In this document: positions 1 through 9,283 of the stretch, one piece after another
Position numbering within the stretch: position 1 is the first letter of the stretch
Layout: the number at the start of each line of letters is the position of its first letter
Source: Candidatus Poribacteria bacterium
Lineage (GTDB): Bacteria > Poribacteria > WGA-4E > PCPOR2b
Reading direction: 5' to 3'
Length of the DNA: 64,000 bases
Assembly (NCBI GenBank): GCA_965208325.1
Contig: OZ242326.1
Coordinates: 2,655,363-2,719,362, forward strand
Notes under the pieces: model-generated
The model's database searches: none
What the model was told of the DNA's origin: nothing
What the model saw: the letters and a program-made list of their open reading frames with translations, nothing else
Translations under genes and position numbers: made by a program

Positions 1-1972
1 AGGTGGAATAACAGCCATTCAGTATTCGCCCGACGGCACGCGGCTTGCTGCCGCTGGCAGCGTCGGTATTTGGCTTTATGACACGGCGACGTATCAAGAG
101 GTCAACCTGCTTCCCGGGCATACTGGTTCAATCCTTAGCGTTGCCTTCAGTCCCAATGGACACACCGTCGCGAGTGGGACTGGGACTTTTGACAAAACCG
201 TCCGTCTGTGGGACGCCGATACCGGAATGCACCTTCGCACGCTTGAGGGGCATACGAGTTGGGTTGGTAGTGTCGCCTACAGTCCTGATGGACGTACCAT
301 TGCTAGTGGGAGCTACGACAATTCCATCCGTCTGTGGGACGCCGATACCGGAATGCACCTTCGCACGCTTGAGGGGCATACGAGTTGGGTTGGTAGTGTC
401 GCCTACAGTCTTGATGGACGTACCATTGCTAGCGGAAGCGGCGACAACACCATCCGTCTGTGGGACGCCGATACCGGAAAGCACCTTCTAACGCTTGAGG
501 GGCATACGGAATTGGTCTCCAGCGTTGCCTACAGTCCTGATGGACGTACCATTGCTAGCGGAAGCGGCGACAACACCATCCGTCTGTGGGACGCCGATAC
601 GGGAGAAGCCCTGCGAATCCTTGAGGAGCATACGAGTTCGGTTCATAGTGTTGCGTACAGTCCCGATGGACTCACCATTGTTAGCGGGAGCGGAGACAGT
701 ACCATTCGTCTGTGGAACGTGCATTCCGGAAAACTCGCACGAACGCTCAATGGGCACAAGGATGTGGTCTTTAGTGTGGCGTACAGTCCCGATGGACTCA
801 CCATTGCTAGCGGGAGTTGGGACAATTCCATTCGATTGTGGGACTCCGATACCGGAAACCCCGTACAAACAATCGAGTTTGAGGGGCATGCGAATGCGGT
901 CGTTAGCGTTGTGTACAGTCCCGACGGACGTATCATTGCTAGCGGTAGTGCGGACGTTACTATCCGATTGTGGGACGCCGATACCGGAGAACCCCTACGT
1001 ACGCGCGCCTGGCCTTGGAGCACGGTCTCTAGCGTCGCGTACAGTCCTAACGGACAAACCATCGCAATTGGGAACCACGACAAATCCGTTCGTCTGTGGA
1101 CCATCGGTGCTGGAGAGCTCCGCCCCCCGCGAATTCTCAATGGGCATAGGAATTGGGTCTCTAGCGTTGTGTTCAGTCCCGATGGACGCACACTCGCCAG
1201 CGGGAGTTGGGACCATACCGTCCGGCTGTGGCGCGTAGGAACGGGAAAACACCTGCGCACGCTCGAGGGACATACGAGTTGGGTTCGTAGTGTTGCCTAC
1301 AGTCCTGATGGACTCACCATTGTTAGCGGGAGCGGGGACAATACCGTCCGGCTGTGGAACGCGCGTACGGGAAAACACGTGCGAACACTCAATGGGCATA
1401 CGGGTGCGGTCCTTAGTGTTACGTACAGTCCTGACGGACGTACCATTGCTAGCGGGAGCGATGACGGTACCATCAGACTGTGGGGTACCATTCCTGGAAA
1501 ACACCCGCAAACGCTCAAGGGACATACGAGTTGGGTACATAGCGTAGCGTTCAGTCCCAATGGACGTATACTCGCCAGTGGTAGTGGGGACGGCACCGTA
1601 TTGCTGTGGGAAGTTGCATCTTCAATTCAATTAGCGATGGAACCCATGGGAAAACATTTGACGCCCCTGGGAAAGATAAAACGGACAGCGTTGCTGCAGA
1701 ATTTTCCGAACCCGTTCAACCCGGAAACCTGGATACCGTATCAGTTGGCAGACGATGCAGTGGTTACCTTGAGCATCTACGACCAGAGCGGTCATATCGT
1801 TCGCAGGTTGGACATTGGGCATCAAAAATCGGGAGTCTACAGAGACAAAGCCAGCGCAGCGTATTGGGATGGCCGTAACCAACACGGTGAACCTGTCACA
1901 AGCGGCACGTATTACTATCAATTTCGCACGGGAGATTACACCGCGTTGCGGCGGATGGTGATTGTCAAATAG
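1..1972 (+). CDS. WD40-repeat beta-propeller protein with T9SS type-A / FlgD-Ig-like C-terminal sorting domain (5'-truncated by window edge)
   Basis: Frame 2 is open from nt 2, and the ORF-track Met at 227 is internal. More than 13 WD repeats follow the scaffold GHTSWVxSVAYSPDGRTIASGSxDNTIRLWDADTG. The C-terminus reads KRTALLQNFPNPFNPETWIPYQL...YYYQFRTGDYTALRRMVIVK, typical of Por_Secre_tail/FlgD-Ig domains. It is a paralog of the genes at 52155, 54503 and 56888. Confidence 0.85.
   Translation, partial: GGITAIQYSPDGTRLAAAGSVGIWLYDTATYQEVNLLPGHTGSILSVAFSPNGHTVASGTGTFDKTVRLWDADTGMHLRTLEGHTSWVGSVAYSPDGRTIASGSYDNSIRLWDADTGMHLRTLEGHTSWVGSVAYSLDGRTIASGSGDNTIRLWDADTGKHLLTLEGHTELVSSVAYSPDGRTIASGSGDNTIRLWDADTGEALRILEEHTSSVHSVAYSPDGLTIVSGSGDSTIRLWNVHSGKLARTLNGHKDVVFSVAYSPDGLTIASGSWDNSIRLWDSDTGNPVQTIEFEGHANAVVSVVYSPDGRIIASGSADVTIRLWDADTGEPLRTRAWPWSTVSSVAYSPNGQTIAIGNHDKSVRLWTIGAGELRPPRILNGHRNWVSSVVFSPDGRTLASGSWDHTVRLWRVGTGKHLRTLEGHTSWVRSVAYSPDGLTIVSGSGDNTVRLWNARTGKHVRTLNGHTGAVLSVTYSPDGRTIASGSDDGTIRLWGTIPGKHPQTLKGHTSWVHSVAFSPNGRILASGSGDGTVLLWEVASSIQLAMEPMGKHLTPLGKIKRTALLQNFPNPFNPETWIPYQLADDAVVTLSIYDQSGHIVRRLDIGHQKSGVYRDKASAAYWDGRNQHGEPVTSGTYYYQFRTGDYTALRRMVIVK
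206..709 (+). repeat. Intragenic tandem 126-bp repeats (one WD40 blade each); copies 206-331 and 332-457 are essentially identical at the nucleotide level
   Basis: The string ctgtgggacgccgataccgg recurs at 206, 332, 458 and 584, giving a period of 126 nt. The stretch tgggacgccgataccggaatgcaccttcgcacgcttgaggggcatacgagttgggttggtagtgtcgcctacagtc occurs twice exactly. Confidence 0.9.
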
Positions 1973-2065
1973 TATAAAATGACCAGATGATGGCTGGAAT
2001 GCTGATGTTTATTGACTTGCAGCCATCACGAATGAGCAGGTTGCATCGGCTGAGTTAACGTATCC
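1968..2065 (+). repeat. Approximately 95-bp conserved element with internal hairpin (TGATGGCTG / CAGCCATCA); second copy at 63588-63684
   Basis: About 88% nucleotide identity between 1968-2065 and 63588-63684. Each copy lies immediately 3' of a secreted/OM protein gene. A 9-10 bp stem flanks a loop of about 27 nt. Confidence 0.8.
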
Positions 2066-2125
2066 TTCGAAACGTTGACGCGCTTGGACATCAGCCTAAC
2101 GAAATCATATCAATATGGTCGCCGC

Positions 2126-2755
2126 CTAGTTATCCTGCCCAACGTCGTCCAGTGAATCTAATTCTAATTTGTCCTCAAGATCGGTTCTGATTTCGTCCAA
2201 CAAGGGACCAACAACTGCCGCGTTTAGCGCCGCATCTGGATTCTTCTCATGATTGTCGTTTGTCAAGATATTTTCCAAACCGTAGTCGTCAATTCCAATC
2301 GCATATTCCGGAAATAGGTTTGTCACAGGATCTTCAGTCGCTGTTATGTCATGTAAGATTTGATATTCCTGGGAATCGGCTGGCTCACTTGCCGTGTCTT
2401 GGGCAGAATTACCAAAATCCCTTCGCAAAATTTCCATCATCGGTGTTTCACCCTTGTCCATACCCATACCTGTATGGCGGCGCGGCAATGTCGGTTTCAT
2501 TTGCAGCGAGCGCCGGTTCTTCGCGTCGTTAGCGTCTAAAAATTCACCTTGTTTACCTATCACAATGATTCGTTGAATTTCCGACGAATCCGGACCAAAT
2601 ATCCAACCCACCATCCATTGAATTGAAGCAGCGATGGAACTGAGTACCGGATGCAAGTTGCCGATTGCATCAATCTGGAGCAATCCCAACGCTAGCAACA
2701 TACCCAGAGCGATTATACTGATTAATTTTAGGTTTAACCGCTTCATATCATGCAC
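2126..2755 (-). CDS. hypothetical membrane-anchored protein with acidic C-terminal region
   Basis: 209-aa ORF with an N-terminal TM helix (LISIIALGMLLALGLL) and a D/E-rich tail. No recognisable motif. Confidence 0.5.
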   Translation of the reverse strand: MHDMKRLNLKLISIIALGMLLALGLLQIDAIGNLHPVLSSIAASIQWMVGWIFGPDSSEIQRIIVIGKQGEFLDANDAKNRRSLQMKPTLPRRHTGMGMDKGETPMMEILRRDFGNSAQDTASEPADSQEYQILHDITATEDPVTNLFPEYAIGIDDYGLENILTNDNHEKNPDAALNAAVVGPLLDEIRTDLEDKLELDSLDDVGQDN

Positions 2756-2849
2756 CTCCTTACAACACGGAAACCAAAACAGTCCGATTCTTCGGGAAAG
2801 ACTTAAACGCCAATTTGGAACATTTTACCATTACCTCCAAAGACACGCA

Positions 2850-4547
2850 CTAGAGAAGCGTAGGCTTTGAATTTTGAGGCATACGAATTTCCTCGACAAG
2901 TTCCTGAATCGCCCTCGGCGGTGCAGGCGTCGCGAAAGAGACGATACCCGCAACCAAGAAATTCAGCACCATGCCGAGCGCTCCGATCCCCTCGGGCGAA
3001 ATGCCCAACCACCAGTGTTCCGCAGTGTTGTGTTCCGGTTGAATGAACTTAAAGTAAATTATGTATGTTGCGGTAAAGGTGATGCCAACAATCATTCCGC
3101 TGACAGCACCGTATTTGTTCATACGCTTTGAAAATATCCCCATGGTGATAGCGGGGAAGAATGACGCCGCAGCCAACCCAAATGCGAAAGCCACTACTTG
3201 CGCGACGAAGCCCGGCGGATTCATACCGAAGAACCCTGCAATACACACCGCGACTCCTGCGGCAATGCGCGCCACCATCAACTCCCCTTTCTCGCTGATG
3301 GTTGGAATGAGTTCTTTTCTCAATAGGTCGTGCGCGATTGCTGTAGAGATTACGAGTAACAGCCCAGCCGCTGTCGAGAGTGCAGCCGCCAGTCCGCCCG
3401 CGGCAACAAGGCCAACAATCCAGTTCGGGAGCTTGGCAATTTCGGGATTCGCAAGCACCATGATGTCTCGGTCAATGGTAAGTTCGTTTGCGACATCCGA
3501 TTTCGGGCCGCGGTATTGAATGATTCCGTCGCCGTTCTTGTCATCGAATCGGATTAGCCCAGTCTTTTCCCATTTTTTAAACCAGTCCGGCGTGTCTTCA
3601 TAGTTCGTATTGGACATCGTAGTAAGCAGATTAGTTCGTGCAAATGCGGCTACAGCAGGAGCGGTCGTATAAAGAATCGCAATGAACAACAACGCCCATC
3701 CAGCCGAACTGCGCGCGGCGGCAACGCGCGGCACCGTATAAAAACGTACGATAACATGCGGCAAGCCCGCGGTGCCAATCATCAATGCGGCGGTGATAAA
3801 GAAGACATCAATTTTAGCCTTTCGTCCATCAGTATATGTGTCGAAGCCGAGTTCACGGCTCAATCCATTCAGTTTGTCTAGTAGGTATTCACCTGAACCG
3901 TCAGCCAGCGTCCCGCCGAATCCGAATTGAGGAACAATAGTCCCTGTCATCAGAAGGGAAATAAAAATCGCCGGGACAAGGTAAGCGAAAATCAACACAC
4001 AATATTGCGCGACCTGCGTGTAGGTAATACCCTTCATTCCGCCCAACACGGCGTAAAAGAAGACGATGCCCATGCCGACAAGCACGCCCACGTTGACATC
4101 GACGTTCAGAAACCGTGAAAAGACAATGCCGACGCCGCGCATCTGTCCCGCGACATATGTAAACGACACGAATATTGCACAGATAATGGCAACAAATCGC
4201 GCAGTTTGCGAGTAATAACGGTCGCCAACAAAGTCCGGAACGGTGAATTTGCCAAACTTTCGCAAATAGGGAGCCAAGAGCAGCGCGAGCAAGACATACC
4301 CGCCGGTCCATCCCATCAGGTAAACGGCGCCGTCACGTCCCATGAACGAGATGAGCCCAGCCATTGAAATGAACGATGCGGCGCTCATCCAGTCCGCAGC
4401 GGTCGCCATGCCGTTCAGCACCGGGCGCACATTGCTGCCCGCGACGTAGAATTCGCCGGTGGAACTGGCTTTCGACCAGATCGCCACACCGATGTAGAGT
4501 GCAAACGAAAGACCAACCATTACAAACGTCCAAGCCTGCACGTTCAT
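2850..4547 (-). CDS. actP: sodium:solute symporter family transporter, cation/acetate symporter ActP-like
   Basis: Multi-TM protein with SSS-family hallmarks and ActP-like N-terminus MNVQAWTFVMVGLSFALYIGVAIWSKASSTGEFYVAG. The start is adjusted to the Met at 4545-4547. It is translationally coupled to the upstream DUF4212 gene. Confidence 0.85.
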   Translation of the reverse strand: MNVQAWTFVMVGLSFALYIGVAIWSKASSTGEFYVAGSNVRPVLNGMATAADWMSAASFISMAGLISFMGRDGAVYLMGWTGGYVLLALLLAPYLRKFGKFTVPDFVGDRYYSQTARFVAIICAIFVSFTYVAGQMRGVGIVFSRFLNVDVNVGVLVGMGIVFFYAVLGGMKGITYTQVAQYCVLIFAYLVPAIFISLLMTGTIVPQFGFGGTLADGSGEYLLDKLNGLSRELGFDTYTDGRKAKIDVFFITAALMIGTAGLPHVIVRFYTVPRVAAARSSAGWALLFIAILYTTAPAVAAFARTNLLTTMSNTNYEDTPDWFKKWEKTGLIRFDDKNGDGIIQYRGPKSDVANELTIDRDIMVLANPEIAKLPNWIVGLVAAGGLAAALSTAAGLLLVISTAIAHDLLRKELIPTISEKGELMVARIAAGVAVCIAGFFGMNPPGFVAQVVAFAFGLAAASFFPAITMGIFSKRMNKYGAVSGMIVGITFTATYIIYFKFIQPEHNTAEHWWLGISPEGIGALGMVLNFLVAGIVSFATPAPPRAIQELVEEIRMPQNSKPTLL

Positions 4548-4549
4548 GC

Positions 4550-4819
4550 CTACTCCCGATTGCTTTCGTCCACACCGTGCTTTTTGTCGAGGCGATTCAT
4601 CAGATAAACATAGATGAAAATCAGTACCACAAATACGTAAATCGACCCCTGTTGAGCCACCCAAAATCCGAGGCGAAAACCACCAATCTTGATTCTATCC
4701 AGAACGTCAACAAATAGGATCGAGCAGCCGAACGACACAATGAACCACGCAGAAAGCAAAATACCCAAGTATTGTAAGTTTTTCCGCCAATACGAACGTC
4801 TTTTGTCATTCGCCGCCAT
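4550..4819 (-). CDS. DUF4212-family small membrane protein (accessory subunit commonly paired with ActP-type symporters)
   Basis: 89 aa with two TM helices. Its stop abuts the actP start, as in the conserved DUF4212-SSS gene pair. Confidence 0.7.
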   Translation of the reverse strand: MAANDKRRSYWRKNLQYLGILLSAWFIVSFGCSILFVDVLDRIKIGGFRLGFWVAQQGSIYVFVVLIFIYVYLMNRLDKKHGVDESNRE

Positions 4820-5142
4820 GGCATTCCTTTATGAAATTCGATATGTGCAACCTGAAGGAGATAAAAAAAGATAATATAAATTGTATCACGGCATGGCGAG
4901 GTTATCAACCGTGAAAGGGTTGTGCAGCTTCGGCAAAGAAGTCTACACACGGAATAACGCTAACCAAAAACAACGTGGTAACCGCAGTTTCAAATTTAAA
5001 ATGTAAAGAGGAAGCGCCGTATATCCGCACCGCCTTCTCGCCAATTGACCCTTTTCTTTCAACCAACTCATCTCCCTTTAAACACGCGATTAATACAAGC
5101 GTAGACACACATTCGTTGAAATTGTCCCTTCAAACCTCATAT

Positions 5143-5158
5143 TGGCACAATCAGTGCA
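5143..5158 (+). promoter_or_regulatory. candidate sigma-54 (-24/-12) promoter TGGCAC-N5-GTGCA
   Basis: GG and GC elements are spaced as in the consensus TGGCACG-N4-TTGCW, with one mismatch in the -12 element (G for T). It lies 230 bp upstream of the sigma-54 EBP gene. Confidence 0.3.
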
Positions 5159-5224
5159 TCTCGGTTAAATCAAAACTCCTATCGTGACCAATGTGCGCCA
5201 AAAATGCGTACCCAAAAAAAATAT

Positions 5225-5254
5225 TTGACATCTGCGCGAGATTTGTGGTAGGAT
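5225..5254 (+). promoter_or_regulatory. candidate sigma-70-type promoter (TTGACA - 18 nt - TGgTAGGAT extended -10)
   Basis: TTGACA at 5225-5230 and TG-n-TAGGAT at 5246-5254. Spacer is 18 nt. Confidence 0.3.
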
Positions 5255-5385
5255 AAAAAAGATGTAGTATTCGCGCAGGTTGTGGACTTTAAATTCGCTT
5301 CAGCACTCTGCATAAATAGCGGCGGCGGCATTGGTTCCTATCTATTGATTGTCACTATTCCTCTCCTCCGAATTGGAGGGAACTG

Positions 5386-6810
5386 ATGAATTCAACCCAT
5401 TTTCCACGCTGTCCGATTTTGCTGGTAGACAACTCACAACAGTGCTTGACTGATACGAATCTTGCGCTGCATGCGGAAGGTCTTGATCGTGTCCTCCATT
5501 GTCAAGACAGCGGTAGAGTCATGTCCGTCCTATCGCAAAAGGACTTCTCAGTTGTGGTCATGGATTTGCAGATGCCAGGCTTGTCGGGTCGGAGTCTACT
5601 TGAACTGATTGTTACGAATTTCCCTAACCTTCCCGTAATCGTTCTCACCGCGCTGAACAAAGTCCAAACCGTGGTAGAGTGCATGAAAGCTGGCGCATAC
5701 GATTACATGGTCAAACCTGTGGACGGTGCCCGTCTCGCGGCAATCATTCGGCGCGGATTAGAATTCTACACACGGGAAGACCTAAATTGGCTGCCCTCGG
5801 ACACACTCGAACATCCCGACGCATTCTCTGACATTGTTACACACGACCAGGGAATGTACAAAATTTTTCAGTATATCGAGTCAATTGCCCAAACCGCCTG
5901 GTCAGTGCTGATTACGGGCGAAACCGGAGTTGGCAAGGAACTGATTGCGTCGGCACTTCACAATCTAAGCGGGCGAAAGGGTGCTTTTGTCCGGGTCAAT
6001 GTGGCGGGACTCGACGACCAGCTATTCTCCGATACGCTTTTCGGTCACAAACGTGGGGCATTTACCGGCGCGGATTCAGATCGAAATGGGTTAATCGAAC
6101 AAGCGTCACATGGCACGCTCTTTCTTGATGAAATCGGAGACCTGCACCTGGAGTCACAAATCAAACTGCTGCGCTTTCTAGAAGAAGGAACGTACTATCG
6201 GCTTGGCGATGAATTCGAGACAACGAGCAGCACCAGGACGTTAGTTGCGACCAATCGCGAGATTCAACATCTAAAGAATGCCGAATACTTTCGTACCGAC
6301 CTCTACCACCGGTTGATAACCCACCAAATTCACCTGCCGCCGCTTCGCGAGCGATTGGAGGATGTCCCAATGCTGGTTGCCTATTTTCTCGAAAGTGCGG
6401 CTAAAGAAATGGACAAGAAAACACCCGCCGTCACTAAAGAACTTTTTGACCTACTTGGAACGCACAGTTTTCCAGGAAATATCAGAGAGCTTCAGGGAAT
6501 GGTAAAAAATGCCGTTAGTCAGCACAAAGAGGGTGCGCTCTCCACGAATTCTTTTCGCCAAGAGATTGAGGAGCAAAGTATTGAGGCACACGAGGACACA
6601 ATACTTCAAGTAAGGGCGCTTGGAGTGTCGGCGCTACCCATACTCCCTAATTTGAATGAAGCTTTGAAAGAAACGGAACAACTGTTCATTTGCGAAGCCC
6701 TCAAGCGTGCCAATGGGAACCAGTCGATTGCGGCTAAACTCTTGGGTTTATCGAAATCTGCGCTGCACAAGCGCATAAGCCGCACACGAAGGTCTTCGGA
6801 CGATGCATAA
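5386..6810 (+). CDS. sigma-54-dependent two-component response regulator (NtrC/AtoC family enhancer-binding protein)
   Basis: REC domain (D at LVDNSQQ...VVMDLQMPG), AAA+ Walker A GETGVGKE, the sigma-54 contact motif GAFTGA, and a C-terminal Fis-type HTH (IAAKLLGLSKSALHKRI). Confidence 0.9.
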   Translation: MNSTHFPRCPILLVDNSQQCLTDTNLALHAEGLDRVLHCQDSGRVMSVLSQKDFSVVVMDLQMPGLSGRSLLELIVTNFPNLPVIVLTALNKVQTVVECMKAGAYDYMVKPVDGARLAAIIRRGLEFYTREDLNWLPSDTLEHPDAFSDIVTHDQGMYKIFQYIESIAQTAWSVLITGETGVGKELIASALHNLSGRKGAFVRVNVAGLDDQLFSDTLFGHKRGAFTGADSDRNGLIEQASHGTLFLDEIGDLHLESQIKLLRFLEEGTYYRLGDEFETTSSTRTLVATNREIQHLKNAEYFRTDLYHRLITHQIHLPPLRERLEDVPMLVAYFLESAAKEMDKKTPAVTKELFDLLGTHSFPGNIRELQGMVKNAVSQHKEGALSTNSFRQEIEEQSIEAHEDTILQVRALGVSALPILPNLNEALKETEQLFICEALKRANGNQSIAAKLLGLSKSALHKRISRTRRSSDDA

Positions 6811-7220
6811 CACGGCATTGGCTTTTCCCACCCGCCCGCTCTAATCTGTATCAACCCTCTCCTTCCACGCGCGATCACGCCTTCTAAAGGCGACGACATT
6901 TGGGCTATCTGTGGACATTTTGGCTACAACCCCCAAAAACCCGTGTCTAACAAGGCTTTCCACGCTTCTTAACCCCAATTTTCCCGAATCGTGTGGACAA
7001 ATTGTCGTTCCGCTTTCCATTTCGCGTCAGGACGATGGCGCGCCAGGGCGCGCCAGTCTGAAAAAAATTTAAATGCCCGAATCCCTTGGTACATCAGGGT
7101 TTCTGAGTCAAAACCGAGTCTAAATTTGGGTATAATTTTAGCTTTGGCATAGAAATTGCTCATACAATGCCCAAAGTATCTTGATTTGGAACGCGGAGAT
7201 TCGCTTCAAGGGAGGCGGTA

Positions 7221-9257
7221 TTGATGAATTTTGGGGTGTCGCGCATCTCACTTAGCGTCATTTCCTTCGTTTTGCTTGGGTGCTTGTTCTCGTTTACGCA
7301 AACCACTTCCGAGGCGTCCGATGCCTTTACGCTCATCTATGCCGGTGAAGAAGGTGGGCAGTTTGGACTGCACGGATGCGGAACCGAGCAAGTCGGCGGA
7401 CTTTCCCGACGCCAGACCGTTATACAATCCTTGCGTGAAAAACACGTCGACCCGCTGAATCTACACACCGGAAACCTCCTCGACCCGACCGACCCGAACA
7501 GCGAACTCATCTGCCAAATCGCCCTCGAAGCCTTGAGTACGATGAATTACGACTCAGTCTGCCTCGGTCCGAGTGAGTTGTGTTCCCGGATTGACTCGCT
7601 CTCCGCCATCTACGCTAATCATCCGGATGTGCCGGTTGTTTGCACGAATATAGTCGGCGCGCAATTCCCGCGCACGTTTGAAGTCGTCGAAGCGGGGCAG
7701 AGAAAAGTCGCCGTGGTTGGTCTGATATCGAAATCGTATGAGTTGGAAATTTCCGCCTACAATCCGGGTGTCACTCTCACCCATCCAACGGAAGCGCTAG
7801 AGACTTTGGGAGAAGAAATCACGCGTCAAAGTGATTTTGTCGTGGGCGTGTTTCACGGATCAGAAGCAGAAGCGCGTGAACTTGCAGAGCGATTCTCATG
7901 GCTATCCGTTCTCGTCCTCGCCCAGAACGAAGCCTCTGAATCGGATTCGGCGGCACCGATTGTTGTGGGCGGCACAACCATTGTCACCAACCCTGCTAAA
8001 GGAGAAGCGGTTGGTGTTCTGGACATTGGACTCGACGCGGATCGGGAACAAGTAGTGTCGAGGAAGAATCAGCGCGTTGCGGTCTCGGAAGGAATTGCGC
8101 CCGACGCCGACCTTGAAGCCCTGCTAGCACTTTACGATTCACTTGCGGAAGATGTCGAATTTGACGGCCAAGAGCCTGTACCTGATGACCGTGCCATCTA
8201 TATCACCTACTTTCACAAACGGGGCTGCCAGAAGTGCGTTAGAGCCAGCGAGATTTTGAAACGACTCAAAACCGAATACCCGCAGATTGTCGTCGAAAAA
8301 CGCTACGCTAAAGCCGACCAACAACTGCTTGAGGCGATGGGGGCGCTCTATAACGTGCCGCAAGTCAAACGGCTCACCACGCCAGCGGTGTTCATAGGAG
8401 ATGCGTATCTCTTGGATGAATTTAATGAGGCACAACTGGAGGAGATTGTCGGAACATACCTCGCAACGGGGGTCGCGTCTTGGATATCCGAGGCGGAAGC
8501 CAACACCGATGCGGCGGAATCCGATATCGTCAAGCGCTTTAGCGCGTTCGGAACATTGGCTGTTGCGGGCGCGGGGTTGCTCGACGGCATTAACCCGTGC
8601 GCCTTTGCCACGATTGTGTTCTTCATCTCCTATCTTACTCTCGTCGGACGCTCGCGCAAAGAAATGCTCGTCGCCGGCGGCGCATTCGCCGCAGCGGTGT
8701 TTGTAACCTACCTGCTATTGGGTGTGGGACTGCTCAAGTTTCTCTCGTTCCTTAACGAGTTCTCCGTCGTTGCCAAGTGTGTCTACCTAGGCGCTGCGAT
8801 TGGAACATTCACGCTAGCGTTCCTTAGCCTTTATGACGCTATCAAAGCCAAACAGGGCAAGGTGAAGGAGATTTCGTTGCAGTTGCCAAAATCGCTGAAG
8901 CAGCGCATCCACAGAGTCATCCGCGAACAGACACGGACATCGAGCGTTATCATCGGCGCGTTGGTCATCGGGTTCGCGATTTCTGCCCTTGAGTTGGTCT
9001 GTACCGGTCAAGTGTACCTGCCCACGATTACGTTTGTGATGGGCGTTGAGAGCATGCGCGTTAATGCCTTATCGTACCTGATTCTGTATAATCTGATGTT
9101 CATCACGCCGCTGCTAATAGTATTCGGGTTTGTGTATTGGGGCGCGACTTCGATGCAGTTAGGCGGTGTGCTGCAAAGACATCTGATTTCGGTGAAGGCG
9201 GGGACTGCGGCGTTATTGTTTGGGTTGGGGATTTGGTTGATTCTGGGTGTTATCTGA
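7221..9257 (+). CDS. three-domain membrane thiol:disulfide oxidoreductase: signal peptide + degenerate metallophosphoesterase/5'-nucleotidase-like domain + glutaredoxin/thioredoxin-like CxxC domain + DsbD/CcdA-type transmembrane domain
   Basis: CQKC motif in a Grx-like segment (YITYFHKRGCQKCV...VFIGDAYL). C-terminal 6-8 TM region with NPCAFA and LVCTGQVYLP Cys motifs typical of the CcdA/DsbD_2 family. The N-terminal domain resembles 5'-nucleotidase, but the GNHE metal-site is replaced by GPSE. Confidence 0.7.
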   Translation: MMNFGVSRISLSVISFVLLGCLFSFTQTTSEASDAFTLIYAGEEGGQFGLHGCGTEQVGGLSRRQTVIQSLREKHVDPLNLHTGNLLDPTDPNSELICQIALEALSTMNYDSVCLGPSELCSRIDSLSAIYANHPDVPVVCTNIVGAQFPRTFEVVEAGQRKVAVVGLISKSYELEISAYNPGVTLTHPTEALETLGEEITRQSDFVVGVFHGSEAEARELAERFSWLSVLVLAQNEASESDSAAPIVVGGTTIVTNPAKGEAVGVLDIGLDADREQVVSRKNQRVAVSEGIAPDADLEALLALYDSLAEDVEFDGQEPVPDDRAIYITYFHKRGCQKCVRASEILKRLKTEYPQIVVEKRYAKADQQLLEAMGALYNVPQVKRLTTPAVFIGDAYLLDEFNEAQLEEIVGTYLATGVASWISEAEANTDAAESDIVKRFSAFGTLAVAGAGLLDGINPCAFATIVFFISYLTLVGRSRKEMLVAGGAFAAAVFVTYLLLGVGLLKFLSFLNEFSVVAKCVYLGAAIGTFTLAFLSLYDAIKAKQGKVKEISLQLPKSLKQRIHRVIREQTRTSSVIIGALVIGFAISALELVCTGQVYLPTITFVMGVESMRVNALSYLILYNLMFITPLLIVFGFVYWGATSMQLGGVLQRHLISVKAGTAALLFGLGIWLILGVI

Positions 9258-9283
9258 TTTCCCATTCGTGAAAAATCTTACTT

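Noticed and set aside
45-1596. Long ORFs on the opposite strand and in alternative frames inside the WD40 gene (for example 45-491+, 128-484-, 495-1238+, 643-1260-, 995-1540-).
   Set aside because: They are by-products of the highly repetitive, codon-biased WD-repeat DNA. Their translations are low-complexity Pro/Ser/Thr/Val strings with no starts or RBS context. The sense frame has the unmistakable WD40 pattern.
2260-4311. ORFs overlapping the hypothetical 2126-2755 gene and the ActP gene on the opposite strand (2260-2532, 3061-3519, 3901-4311 and others).
   Set aside because: Fully embedded in a well-supported transporter gene or antisense to it, with no motif support.
6969-7163. 64-aa ORF on the minus strand between the EBP and the DsbD-like gene, adjacent to a GGCGCGCCAGGGCGCGCC tandem palindrome.
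   Set aside because: No RBS or homology signal. The region is more plausibly the promoter or leader of the 7221 operon.
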